A stretch of DNA of 64,000 nucleotides from NCBI RefSeq assembly GCF_000497125.1, contig NC_090596.1, positions 558,001-622,000 of the forward strand, read 5' to 3'. The stretch is from Spironucleus salmonicida (lineage: Eukaryota). Below are positions 13,540-27,852 of the stretch, in pieces. A program made the translations under genes and the position numbers. The notes beneath the pieces are model-generated. The model worked only from the letters and a program-made list of their open reading frames with translations, did not search any database and was not told the origin of the DNA. The stretch's first letter is position 1. Each line of letters begins with the position of its first letter.

Positions 13540-13545
13540 CTCACT
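13535..13545. terminator. Back-to-back AGTGA motifs (AGTGA-C-TCACT), putative bidirectional polyadenylation signal
   Basis: Perfect inverted pair at the junction of two convergent genes; AGTGA is the reported Spironucleus poly(A) signal. Confidence 0.6.
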
Positions 13546-14244
13546 TCAATCTTCTATAAGTAAAACTGCTCTTATACCATCAGTAAGGCCAATATTTAAT
13601 CCATCAAACTTAGTAACAGCAAATCTGGCAGCTTCTCTGTTTGTGAACTCTAAATAGCCAAACTACTTAGGTTTTCCGTCTTTTTGTGGTATTCTAACAG
13701 AGACAGGTTAATCATCTAACAATTCTCTGCATGCATCTTTGAGTAAATTAATATCGATACCTAAAATTCTACCAAGATATACAGTATTCAGATCTTGTTT
13801 ATTCGGAACATCGTAGTGAGAGAATACTTATGTTTTTGGGAAGAAATCTTAAAACTTTTCTTTAAGAAGAACCAGATCTGGAACTTATTCAAAATCCACA
13901 TAAAACTTGTGTTTAAAAATTCTAGGCTACTGAACGAGTTTATTTTTTTTAATATACTATTACAGAACCTTATAGATAACAGTTTCTGTAACATCCGGTG
14001 GAGACCCTTAATATCTAAATGATACAATAGCTGTTTTTGAGTCTTTAGGGATAGGCTTATTATGTATAATCTTTTGAGTATTTTCTTCGTTTTGGATATT
14101 GTCTGATTCTTTGCAATCTTATTACTCATTTTAAACAACGATAGGTTAATCTTATAATCTCTCACCTAAAGTTTAAGACAATGAAAAATTTTACCTTGGC
14201 TCCTTTGGTGTTTCTTTCTTATCTCTATGGGATTCGTATTTCAT
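13546..14244 (-). CDS. RRM-containing RNA-binding protein (232 aa)
   Basis: TVYLGRI (RNP2-like) and KPKQFGYLEFTNREAARFAV (RNP1). Confidence 0.8.
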
Positions 14245-14359
14245 TTAAAGTGGAAAAATATTAATTAGCTTTAAATTGATATTTTGTTATTAATTAGTCT
14301 AATTTATTACAAATATTATATAATTAATAATATAATCATGTAAAATTTACTTCCGCAAA

Positions 14360-14998
14360 ATGGCATCATATCATTTACCTGAATATTGGGAGGAACGCTA
14401 TCGTGCAGATACTTAACCTTTTGAATGGTATCAGCGTTTTAGCGACTTAAAACCCCTCATTAGAGATCTATTCCCTCCTACATCTAAAGTATTAGTTATT
14501 GGCAACGGAACCTCTGAGTTTCCTTTTGATCTTTATGATGATGCGGATCTTAACGTCAAAGATATTACATCTATTGATATATCTGAGGCATCAGTTAAAC
14601 GTATGCAAACCCTTATTTAAGATAGGAAAACCATTGAATTTAGTAGAATGGACTGTCTATCTATGTCATTCCCAGCAAATTATGATATAGTTTTTGATAA
14701 AGCAACTTTAGATTCTATCCTTTGCGGTGAAGGTGCTGCTGATAGAGCTCAAAAGCTCTTAGAGAACACTCTTGGGGCTTTGAAGAACTAAGGTGTCTAT
14801 ATCTGCGTTTCTTACGGCAAGCCTGACATGAGACTGTAATATCTGCAAAATGAAGGCTTAGACTGGGATGTTGATGTCAGAGAGGCACCACGTCCCAAAC
14901 TCCTGGAGGGACAGGTTCAAGGCGATGATTGCCACTTTGTGTATGTTTGCAGAAAGCGTGGCGAAGTCGTGGATACGACCAAGAAAGGTAAGAAGTGA
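14360..14998 (+). CDS. SAM-dependent methyltransferase, METTL13/EEF1AKMT4-like (212 aa)
   Basis: EYWEERY..FEWYQRF..VLVIGNGTS..IDIS..VFDKATLDSILCG. Confidence 0.85.
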
Positions 14999-15007
14999 TG
15001 AATCATT

Positions 15008-16189
15008 TCAATCTAAAACTACCGGTATAAAACTGGCGTTTTTCTTCACTAAACTGAAGCTCTTGTTTGGCAAATCAATAATTTTCGATTCAATTCCTGT
15101 TAAAATATTCTGAAGACTCTATTTTTGCTTCTGTAATTATGCTAGTTCATTTCTCTCAATTTCGACTTGTTGCTTTACCTACTCGATTGTTTAACCGAAA
15201 TATCGTGCTTCTATCAATTCCTCAAATATCAAATTGAATTCGTTTATCCGTTATCTCATTTTATCATTTTGAGTTTATATTTCTATAAATTTTTTAGGTA
15301 TTTTCAAATTTATTTGTGGGAATTCACCACATTCTGCCTTGCAGGCCCTATCATCTAGTAATGATTTGAAACGATTTATTTAGTTTTTTAAATCTGCAAT
15401 TTATATATTCTTGGAGTTTAATTATTCTTCATATATATTTTTTAATTGGCATAGCTGTGTAGGCAAGTTATCTTCAGAGTTGAAGTCGTTGATCGATGGG
15501 TTCGGATCTTGCTATTGATAATTTTATTAAGAATTAGATTAATTATCTGATACTTTTGCGCTTTCTTTCTACTGTTTCTACGCCGTCACAAATTGCTCTC
15601 CGACACTTTCCAAGTGAGTATTTTTTAGAACGAAAACGTCTTCGTCGAACGATTACGTGAACGGCGGAGGCCGCAAAATCGCCACTGGTTGATTGCGCTA
15701 ATCGGCCTTAATTGTACTCAAACTCTTTTCTTTCAATGCCTCAAAATCGTGTTTTAAACGCGCATTTTCGGTTTGGAGCAAATTCGTGATTTCCTTGTAT
15801 TCGGCAACTGCCCCTAGCGCAAGTTTGAGTTGGCTTCTCTGCTCTGCCAATTTGGAGTTTTGCGAGTCGGCTGATTCCGTTTTGGCACGATTCCGTGCCT
15901 CTAGAGCGTTGGTTTTGGCCTCTAAACGGAGCTGAATCGCACGGTATTTTTGTTGCAAGATCTCGTAATTCTCAGATAGATCTTTCTGGGAGAGCATAGA
16001 GTCTGGTGTGTGCAGGAATAACTGTGCATTCTATATGGATTGTGTGGATCTACGATTTAGATCTTTTATTTATTGGATGAAACTCGGATCAATTGGTTCG
16101 AGATTAAGCTCTTACAGTAACTACTAGTGAAGCAAAATATATTTTGTGAGGCTGATAACAAGAGATTTGGTAGGCAGGGGCTCTGTCAT
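15008..16189 (-). CDS. Coiled-coil hypothetical protein (393 aa)
   Basis: ATG..TGA ORF in code 6 containing track ORF 15698-15997. Confidence 0.65.
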
Positions 16190-16343
16190 CGTTTATTTAT
16201 TGGAAATAGCTATAAATTATATTATAATTATATATATTTTTTACAAATATCTCTATTATTATATAATAAATATGAAATATTGTCGAGCAATTATTAGTAG
16301 AATCGTAATATAATAGTTTTTCTCTTTAAATACCACTTCTTAA

Positions 16344-17006
16344 ATGACTGAAGTAAATTCATCAGAACATCGCGTGATTTCCGCATTAAGTTCTCTTATA
16401 CGTAAGGATGAGTATTACTTTGACTACTTAACCTATACTTCTGAGGATACCATTTAAAAATATGACACTGACGAAGAACTTAATATTTAGTAATTTAAAA
16501 TGGCTTAATTATGTGTAGCTCATGCTCGTGCAGCTTTTAGAAAATAAGATATACCATTTGTAGCACCTGATGAATTCGAAACTGAAAAATATAGAGATCC
16601 TAAAGTACTTAATCGTGTTAATATGATTGAGTCAAAACGTTAGAAGGAACTTGAAGAAGCATAAAGAAAGCATAGAGATCGTCTAGAAAAACGTTAGACG
16701 GGATAAAAGAAAAATACTAAATTAAAAGATAGAAAGGTTAGTAAGAAGATGTAAAATGAAGTCATTAATAAATGGAAAGAAGCAAGATAGGTTGCAAAGA
16801 AGAATGGTATGGATGATGCAAAGCTTCCAACTTTAGAGTAAATTGAAAATCAAGTTAAGAAAGATAAAAGAATTAGTAGAACATTTAAGGATAAAAAATA
16901 TGGGAAGCCTAGAACTGATAAAAGAAATGATAAAAGCAGTGCGGTTTAAGATAAGTATTAACACCGCTAGTTTTCTAATTTAAAAACTAAAGCAAGAAAA
17001 GAATGA
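16344..17006 (+). CDS. EBP2: rRNA-processing protein EBP2-like (220 aa)
   Basis: QFKMAQLCVAHARAAFRKQDIPFVAPDEFETEKYRD, and basic tail RTFKDKKYGKPRTDKRND. Confidence 0.7.
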
Positions 17007-17146
17007 TCATTTATATTCTATTTTAATGTATATAGTGATAATTATTTTTAATATTTCGCATTCTAATAAACGTAGTAACTAATACATCACTGACGTAATT
17101 ATTATATATAAGAAATTAATAAACCTTAATTTATTTTTCAATCATA

Positions 17147-18490
<1,344 letters not shown>

Positions 18491-18502
18491 AATCGTAATT
18501 AT

Positions 18503-19477
18503 TCACTTGCTCAATAAGCTGTCAAACAGGCTACTATCTACACTTTCAACATTCTTTTATATTTTTCGAAGTCTATCATGTGTGACTGCAAGTTATTCTT
18601 GTAGTCTAGACATTTACTAATCACTTTTTCTTTTCAACTGTTACATACTTACAAAATATGCATCTTGTGCTTTCTTCTGCATAATTTCTGACTCTTAAAG
18701 TTTTATTTATAATTAAACAATTGTATCTTCGAATTATATAATTTATGTTGCCTAATCTTTTAAAATTAGATCCTAATCTTTGAATTTATTAGTCTCTTTC
18801 AATACTTAATTAAATACTTATTCTAATTCTTTTTACTGTGATTACTTAATATTGTATTGCTCTTACATCTATTTGAATTTTTATTTCCATAGCTCAGATT
18901 CATCTCTAAACAACTCTAGTTCATTGTGTAAATTTGTAACATTTTTAAATAATATTTAAGGTTAATTTTAATCAATTTAATTGTTTGATTTGTCTAGAGA
19001 CATTATTAAGGTAGCTAATTTTTGATAATGTTCAGGCTCTTCCGTATTAGTAGAACCATTTAAACTTTATGGATTTTCCTATATACCTATAGATTTGCCT
19101 ATGAAATCCGACTAAGTAGTTTAATGAAAGTATTATTACTGTGTTTAACATTGCTAATTTTACAATTTTATATTTTACATAAATTCTAACTATTAAACTA
19201 AAAACTCCTTCTCAGTATCAACTACTTCGATTGCTTTATTAAATATTTCGACCTCCATTTCAGTACCAATGTTGTATTTTTCTTTTTTAAGATATTAATA
19301 TTCATCTAACTTATTTCTAAATGAAGTAAATGAGATATCATCTAATTAGCTTTTAGATTTTATTTCAGCTATTACTACTCCTTTTAACATCTGCTATTTT
19401 AATGCATGATACTTTGCTAAAAGTTCTCTTGGAAGAAGTTATATTATTTCTTCTGCTATTTATAGTAATTTGTCCAT
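18503..19477 (-). CDS. Coiled-coil hypothetical protein (324 aa)
   Basis: ATG..TGA ORF with length divisible by 3; stop lies in AGTGA. Confidence 0.6.
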
Positions 19478-19519
19478 TAATTTATAATAAAAATTTAGTT
19501 ATATTCATATATAATAAAA

Positions 19520-20542
19520 TCACTATTGAGAAAATGCAACTTCTATTTCAAAAGATTCCTAAAAATTAGTTTCTACTGTAACTACACTATTATCATCTAA
19601 CTCTTTGTTAAAGGTTAAAAATTTTGGAATAAATTTTTACAATGTACCAACATTATTAATTTCCTCTATTTATATATTTTATTTCCACTTAACCATATAA
19701 CAAGATGACTATTTTTCTAATGATTTTTACAGCTATGAATTCATTTTATTTAAGATAGAAATAGATTTAACTCGTTCAAAGTTAATGATTTCTGCAATAT
19801 TTTTAGAGAATTTTATTGTGAAAACAAACCCAGAATCTAATGATAGAAAAGGAGTCTGCTCAGTTAATTATAATAAATCAGGTTATAAAGAATTCACGTT
19901 ATTAAGCTAAATTGTAGTTGTTTCCTTCTCATAAAGTAAAGCTGGCTTAACTCGTTAAAATTATTAAATATTTTTATTAATAGAGATTTATTATCTTATA
20001 GGTGGTTTTTACAGCGATTATAAATACTTTAGTACTATATCAGATGTCTAATTGTAGTATCTTTTTTCAAATTCTAAAGAGAATTATTAATAATAATTCT
20101 ATCGAAAACTAAGATTTCTTTTTTATTCAAATGGCTTAAAATCCGTCAATATTGGTTGAATTAAGTATGATTTACCTACAAAATCTTTATAAAGTTAGTT
20201 GTTAAATAGAGAAATTGGAACTACTGATCCTAGCCCATGTGCAATAAATGTAATTTTTGATCTAATTTTTAATTACTTTATCAATTCAGAATACGCAACA
20301 AGCAAAGATAATGGTGAAAATATCTTTAAATGACTTATTTTAATCATAATTACTGTATTATCTTTCTTCTTGCTTAAGTAATTAAACAACGGAAAATAAA
20401 AACTGCATTCTAAAAGAAGATCTTAAATAATAAATATTTTATGTGAGCCTTAAGGATTTTAACAATATAAAGTTGTTAACCCTATAGATGGGAGTAAAAT
20501 TTCTTAGCAAGGCGTGACATTAAATGAGTTTTTACTATTCAT
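19520..20542 (-). CDS. Hypothetical protein, possible degenerate alpha/beta-hydrolase fold (340 aa)
   Basis: KITFIAHGLGS resembles a nucleophile elbow lacking Ser; stop lies in AGTGA. Confidence 0.55.
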
Positions 20543-20643
20543 TTTGGATAAAGACTACAAACATATAATATCTAAGAAATAATTGAATGAACAAGCAAAA
20601 AACTCATATTATTATATCATTTAATATATGAATATTAAAAGTA

Positions 20644-21111
20644 ATGAATGAGAACTATTTTAATTATGCAGTACTAAAGTCACTAAAATCCCTTAACTAA
20701 CTTCCAAAAAATATATTATACAATTTAAAATCACCATATTTTCTTCAATCATTTATATTAACAATACTTCCAAAATAGGGTCCATATATGAATATATAAA
20801 TAAAATTCTGTGTAGAATTTCCTAACAACTTCCCATTCAATCCTCCAACAATAACAGCACTTTAAAACCTATTTCATCCCAATATATTACATTCATCAAA
20901 AGTTTGTCTGAACATTCTTAAAAATAGTTGGAGGTAAGAAGTTGAACTTTTTGCTGTTATTATTGCACTACTATGCCTATTAGAAGAGCCTAATTTTGAA
21001 GATTATGCCAATTAAGAGGCTAGAGACGCATATGATAATGGATCATGGAATTAATAAGTTCTCACTTTACTTAATAGTGAATAATATATTTGTAATATTA
21101 ATTTGATTTGA
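20644..21111 (+). CDS. E2 conjugating enzyme, UBC12 (NEDD8 E2)-like (155 aa)
   Basis: FILTILPKQGPY..FPFNPP..FHPNI..VCLNILKNSW..EPNFEDYANQEA. Confidence 0.85.
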
Positions 21112-21130
21112 TTAGTTCATTCCCAAATAA

Positions 21131-23980
21131 ATGTTAAACAGGAATCTATATTAGAACATTAGAAAATAAGAGAAAAGTAAATAAACAGTAGTAAGTACAT
21201 TACCAATTTAAGATGTAAGAATTATTAATGAAGAGACAGGATATACATCATATTTTGTTAAAAGTAAAATCGATGAACTCTGCACGTAAAACAAAATTCT
21301 TAAGGGTGTTTTATAAGTTATGCCAAATAATTATAGTTCTGGTATTGTTAAGACAGAATTTGGAATTATTCATATTCCTAATAAAGTTCATCTGAATAGA
21401 GCACTTAACGGTAATTCTGTATATGTTAACCTTCTCTCTGTTAAATAAAAAAATCAGGAAATTTTTAATTGGAGTATTGATTAATAATAAGGTGATGAAC
21501 ACATCACTTAAACTTTATAGCATGTAATAGGACATATTGTCTATACATAACCTTTTGAGGAAATAGTGCTGTAATGTTTTTTGGATTCTGAAACCAAATT
21601 GGCAGGAATACTAAAATTTATACCAATCGATAAACGATATCCTACTATTGTGGTATCAGATTAACTAGCAGATATTATTCCAAATTAAATCTTTAATATT
21701 AAAATATTAAATTGGAAGCCTTAAATGATTTATCCAGCTGGGGAAATTATTAGCAAAGATGAGGTTTTGTAATTAGCAGATTTGTCATAGATTGCAGATT
21801 ATGTTATGAAAGTCAACGGAATACCATTTAATTATAAAGGGGATCTAGATCCTTTGATTTTATAAGAGATATAATATAATGAATAATAATTAATTGATGA
21901 TGTGGGCCTTCCTAGGTCAGAAGTTTTTGGTTTGAATTAAAATATCTTGAATAATTATCAGAAATAAATTGAAAAGTTATCGAAGCGAAAATTGATTTTC
22001 GATTCGTAAAATCGTCGGGATTTTACTAATGAGCTCGTGTTTACAATTGACCCTGATACAGCCAAGGATTTTGATGATGCATGCCATATAAAATTAGTTG
22101 CTTCTAATGGCTCTACAATTTGTTTGAAATAACTATCCAAACTAAATAGTGATGATATATCAACGGCTTTTAATAATGCAATAGGTTACGAAATAGGTGT
22201 ACATATTGCAGATGTAACTCATTATGTTAAACCTAACTCATAAATAGACCTCTATGCATAATCAACAAAAACCAGTGTATATTTAACTGACAGATGTTGT
22301 CCTATGATTCCATATGAATTGGCAGATGGTCTTTGCTCACTAAATCCAGCAGTTCCAAGATATACATTTTCAGTGGTATTTAGGCTTAATTTTGTTGGTG
22401 AATTGTTACCATAAACAGTATGGTTTGGCAAATCCGTTATTTTTTCACATGCTAGACTTGATTATGTAGGAGCCTAAATGATATTAGACAATAAGTTAAC
22501 TCCAGATAATAATAGTACTGAAATTAATAATTTTCCAGTTTGCCTAAATTGTCAATCTGCAATATTTTTAGCTGTATAAACAATGAATATAATAGCTGTA
22601 GTGCTCAGAAAATAAAGAGAAGCATTGGGAGCTCTTTAGCTAAGAGGAGATTGTACTAGCTTTTCTATCAATAAAACTAATAATGTTGTTAGTATTTATG
22701 GACCAGAAGATGCTGTTGATGCACATCATTTAATTGAAGAATTTATGGTTGCTGCTAATTGTTTAGTTGGAATTAGGCTTGTTTAATCATTTCCAGGTTG
22801 TTCTATTCTTAGAAAACATCCTCCTCCACGTAAAGATGATAGTGTTAATAAAATTGTAAAAAATTTTGGAAAATTGTCATTCACGAATGGTAGCACCGTA
22901 GTTAAATCTATTGTTAATATTGCATCTAATATGTAGCATAAAATATAATTCAATGAGTAATTTTGGAGCTCGAAGTCTTAAAGTATGTTTTTAGCCGACA
23001 GTTGCTTCGCAACAAATAATTTGAATAAAGCTGAATACATAATTGGTCTCTCATCAGAAAAATCTCTATTCTCGCACTGGGGTATACATGCTTAGATGTA
23101 TATGCATTTTACTAGCCCAATTCGTAGATACGCTGATGATATTGCGCATAGGTTATTAACAGAATCACTAAAAATTGAGAGTACCGGCTAATCCTCTATT
23201 TATTGTCCAAACAAACTATAAATTAAAGAGTTAATAAAATTGTATGAGTCAGTAGACTTTCTGCCTCCAATAGACTATTTGAAGATCTGTGACGAAAACC
23301 AAACTTTACAAGATACCATAGCACATTCTGATTAAACTAGGGATATTCAAGCTGATGTTTTAGAGGATGTAGAAGATGGAAAATATGTTAATTTACATTC
23401 TTAAAAAACAATGAATATGCTTAAAAAATCTATTGAAAATCTTTTAGAAAGGGGGCAGTAAACAGCTTCGATTTATGAGGAAAAATAGGACGTTTCACCT
23501 GCGGCATAGGCATTCAGGGAGGTCGAATAAGCTCTTAAAAACATTGGTTTACCATTATAAGTTCTTATTGATCATACAAAATCTTGCAATATTTTATCAC
23601 AAGCGGCAGACAAGGCATCGTCACTCCACAGAAGCATCATGCTACATTTCTGGACAAATCAACAGTAAAAAGAAGTATTCGCAACCTGCTTTTTAATATC
23701 TGCAAAAGATAACATACTATTATTTTTCGTCCCGTAATTTGGTATTTCATTCACTTGCAATTCCAATTTTTTGAATAAGGAAGGATGTATTTTAGTTGAA
23801 AAATTCAGAACCGATTTAAGCTTGAATCAGCAGTTTGCGACCGAAAAATAAGAGGTATTTGAGCTATTTTCTTAAGTTGCCGTCAAAAGTGTTAGTTTTG
23901 AGTTTTTAGCACCTGTAAGTGTCCAAATTATCTCTAGTTAAAGTGTTTTGGATGGTGTAGATTATTGGTTGATGGGGTGA
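21131..23980 (+). CDS. DIS3/RNase II-family (RNB) 3'-5' exoribonuclease without PIN domain (949 aa)
   Basis: LNRALNG, FIPIDKRYP, FTIDPDTAKDFDDA, IGVHIADV, LIEEFMVAAN, YMHFTSPIRRYAD. Confidence 0.92.
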
Positions 23981-25262
23981 AGTGAAAATCGTTATATTAT
24001 GGTATAGCGTTCAATCACTAATTTCATTTAATGTCTTCTTTACCATGTATCTAAAGATTTACATTAAATAACGAGAAGGATATATAAATTTGATAGCTTG
24101 AAATCTGAAAATTATATAATAATATTGCGAATAGTTATTAGTATTCAGATTTTAGTGATCAACTAAAATTATTTTAACTAATCAAAATTAGATATTTGAT
24201 AAATTTAAATAGTATTATTAATATGAATTTCACATTTATATGTAATAATATTACTTTAAGTAAAGAATAATCATCAAAGATTCAACTAAAATATAACGGT
24301 TTTTATATTTATATTACTTATTTACTACATTGTATAATCATAATGATCTCATAATATAATTGAAAATTTATTTAATATTGGTAATTTTTTAAAATATTAT
24401 GTGAAAGCAATATAAATCATACTAACTGTTTTATGGATTTTTTAATTTAAGATAGTTTTATAAGTTGTATATATAATTTATTGTTATAATTATTGTTTAT
24501 AGTAAATATACCATAGTAACACACATAATTAAAAAATATAATAATAAATATAAAAGCTATTAAAACGAAAACTTAGTGTGTTTACTGTTTATAAATTGAA
24601 TGTATCATATAATAAGTTATACTTATTAAAAAAATTGGGATGCAATAATGTCTATTTTTCAAAACTTCAACTTAACACATATAATTATAACTTATATGGA
24701 ATCTATTGTCTGGTATTACAAACTTCATAATATTGACTTTAATATTGTTTTTTATGAATTTAAATTATAGAGATATTTTAATTAATATAATAACGGAATC
24801 ATAATATATTTAATTAAATTTAAATATAATAATATAAGATAGATATTTAAGCGTTTATATATTAACTACATGTAAGTAAAACAGAATATTAATTTTCTTA
24901 ATCTACAGATAAATTATAAACATAGAAAGACAAAATGATAACAATGTTAATAATCACAATAATGGTCCAATAAATTAAAACTGATATTAATGAATATTTC
25001 ATGAACTGAAGCATAAGATAATTCCATCATGTTTATTTTTAGTTTGAATTCGAAATCGAGATTTAAAGTTATGTTATTTTAGCTGTCTTAACGACTATAT
25101 AGCAATTGGAAAGGAAATTGTAATTGATTTAATAGCTTGAAAACTATATATTTATTAATATATAAGAATTAGAGTTCTTGCAGAATCTGATTTATCTGTT
25201 GCCTTCATACATAGATAATATAATACAGTATTAAAATTATTAATTTGTTTACACTCCTTGAA

Positions 25263-27002
25263 ATGTATTAAGAAGAATCTAACGAATCAGAGAGCAAATA
25301 ATATGAGTAAGACTATGAGCCACGACTGTTTTATCCAGACTATGACAGTAAATATGAGATATACCCAACTGATTTGTCTGACTAATCCGAAGACTAGCCT
25401 ATGCCAATATTCAGCCCTGCAGAAGCAGAACATATTTGCGGCCGAAGAGATCATGCTGAAGATAGAACACTTATCCACAGTGAAGAAGGCTTTTAACTTC
25501 TGTGTGTCATGGATGGTCATGGTGGCTCGGAAGCTAGCTAGTATGTGAAGGATCACTATGTTGAAACTCTCTCCAAAAAATTAAAAGCGGAGCCAAAGAT
25601 CAAAACCAAGACTGCTGTTGTAAATGCATTAGGTAAAATGGAAGATATTGTATACATGTCATGGGAATCCATCGGCACTACCTTCGCAGGCGTGATTATT
25701 CGCAATGGTAAAGCATTAATTCACCATATAGGAGACTCTAGGGTGATAGTTGGCCTCAAAGACGGGCGTGTAGTAGAATCAATCGACCATAAGCCTAATT
25801 TACACTGCGAACGTTATCGTATTCATGTTGAGAATCGAAATAAAATCGAGTACAATGGTAAATTCTTTCGATTATAAGTCGGCCTTGCAATGTCTAGAGC
25901 TATAGGAGATAAAGATTATAAGCGTGAGTCAAAAGATCCAATTGCAATACCAGACTTCCAATCAGTGCCTTCAGAAGACGTTAAATGGATATTTGCTGCA
26001 TCTGATGGAGTAATAGACTAGCTTACAACGGATTAGATAGTAAACATAATAAATTGTCTCTGCCATAAACCCCACAAAGTTATGAAGACTAACTCCCATC
26101 TAGAAAATTTGGCAATTGAAGTGTTCAATGGGAAAGAGAATATCTCAGAGTTTAATAATGTCTTTGGCAAAAAAGACGCCGGATATTAAATTGTCAAATA
26201 GGATGGTTCATTTTCTAAAAAAATAGTAGATACACTTATAGCCATTTCATACCGTTCTTGGGGCTAGGATAATATCGGTGCTCTATTCCAGGTAATCCCA
26301 AATTTTGAGGACTATCCACCTAGAAATTTTAATACCCTGTTAGTTGAAAATATAGATTCCCCACTAAATACTTTCTCTAAAACTTTCCCTTATCCAAGAA
26401 TATTTGCTAAAAACCTCGGTAATTTTCTAGTATACGACAATTCAACATATACTCAACTCCTAATAAGACATAAATTTCCAGATGCAAAAATAACTGAACT
26501 GGAGCTCGATAGAGATTAAATAGTTAATCTTACATTTTAGTCATACTAATAAATGTCTCTTTATACAAAATTTCATGGTCATGTTTATGTAACGTAATCA
26601 AGAACTATGGGCGAGGGTAAATTTTATTCAGAAATACGAGGTTATAATAAATAAAATATCAAAGAAATATAGAGATATAATAATTCGGACGATTTCACAC
26701 TTAAGTTTCCGTGTTATCAAGTTAAAGATATTAAAGATATAGATAAAATTTACATGAAATTTGCAGAAATGTAAATTCCTCCGCTGATTAAGTTGAAAAA
26801 TTACAGGCAATACACATCATTTGAAAACGATAAGCAGAAAGAAGATTTTGATATTTCATTACGCATAGTGGAGAGCATGAGACCCAAACAGTATTTAAGT
26901 TAATAAGTTTAATAATAACCTGAGATACACTCAACTGAAAGATAGAAGAACAGTTTACTAGATTCAATTAAGCAGTTTTTATGTTTTAAATAGTAAAAAT
27001 GA
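25263..27002 (+). CDS. Protein phosphatase 2C with C-terminal extension (579 aa)
   Basis: GRRDHAEDR, VMDGHGG, HIGDSR, DHKP, LAMSRAIGD, ASDGV, QDN motifs. Confidence 0.9.
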
Positions 27003-27852
27003 TCTTAAAATTGATATAATATAAATTATATTTATATCTTATTATAGTGAGCGTATGACTACTTTAAAAATAAACAATACGGATACTGGTTAGGCAGTCA
27101 TATTTGAAAAATTACTTATTATTATTTTATATTGAATCCATATACGGCCTATCTGTAAACGATCGGAATATAACTGTTGTAATCAAATAAATATTATTAA
27201 CATTAATTTAGTTCAATTATTACTATGTTTAGGATAGATTATTAATAATTATGTACTTCTAATTCATCTTTTAGGTCATAATTTTGTCCAAAATCAATTA
27301 ACTTATAATTTAAAGCAAATATAGGCTACACTACTATTCGTAAAAGTTAACGCAAAAATAGCACAAAATGCAGCAGGAGATTTCTTGCAGAGAGTAGAAT
27401 ATTTTGCGCTATATCTCATTACTAGCCACTGAAAAATGCAAATTAAACTATCCACCCATATTCTGTCACATAAGCCAAGGTTTTCTACCGCAAACATTCG
27501 TCACGGATCATCATAATCTAGTGAACTAGTAAAAACTATATTTATATAATAACAATATTATCATAAACGCCACTCGTTTTCACTAAAATAATTTTGGCTA
27601 AAATTAACTTATCATTATTAGGTATTGTAAATACGGTATATTGAATTTTTCACTCATATGACTTGACTTCCAGTGCACGGTACCCTGGAAAATCAAGCTT
27701 TTAACCCAATTCACCTAAAATATCCTCTTTAAAAATCAGCAATCTGGCATTTTTGACGAGACAATTCCGGACTGAAAAGTAGAAATTGGCCCATCATAAA
27801 GAATTTGTTACATGCAGTCCAGATTTAGCCTAGTTAGCCCTTCCTAGACTAT

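Noticed and set aside
24000-25250. Long, very AT-rich stretch (also 40450-41700) as a gene or structured RNA
   Set aside because: No convincing ORF, repeat or RNA fold could be supported by eye.
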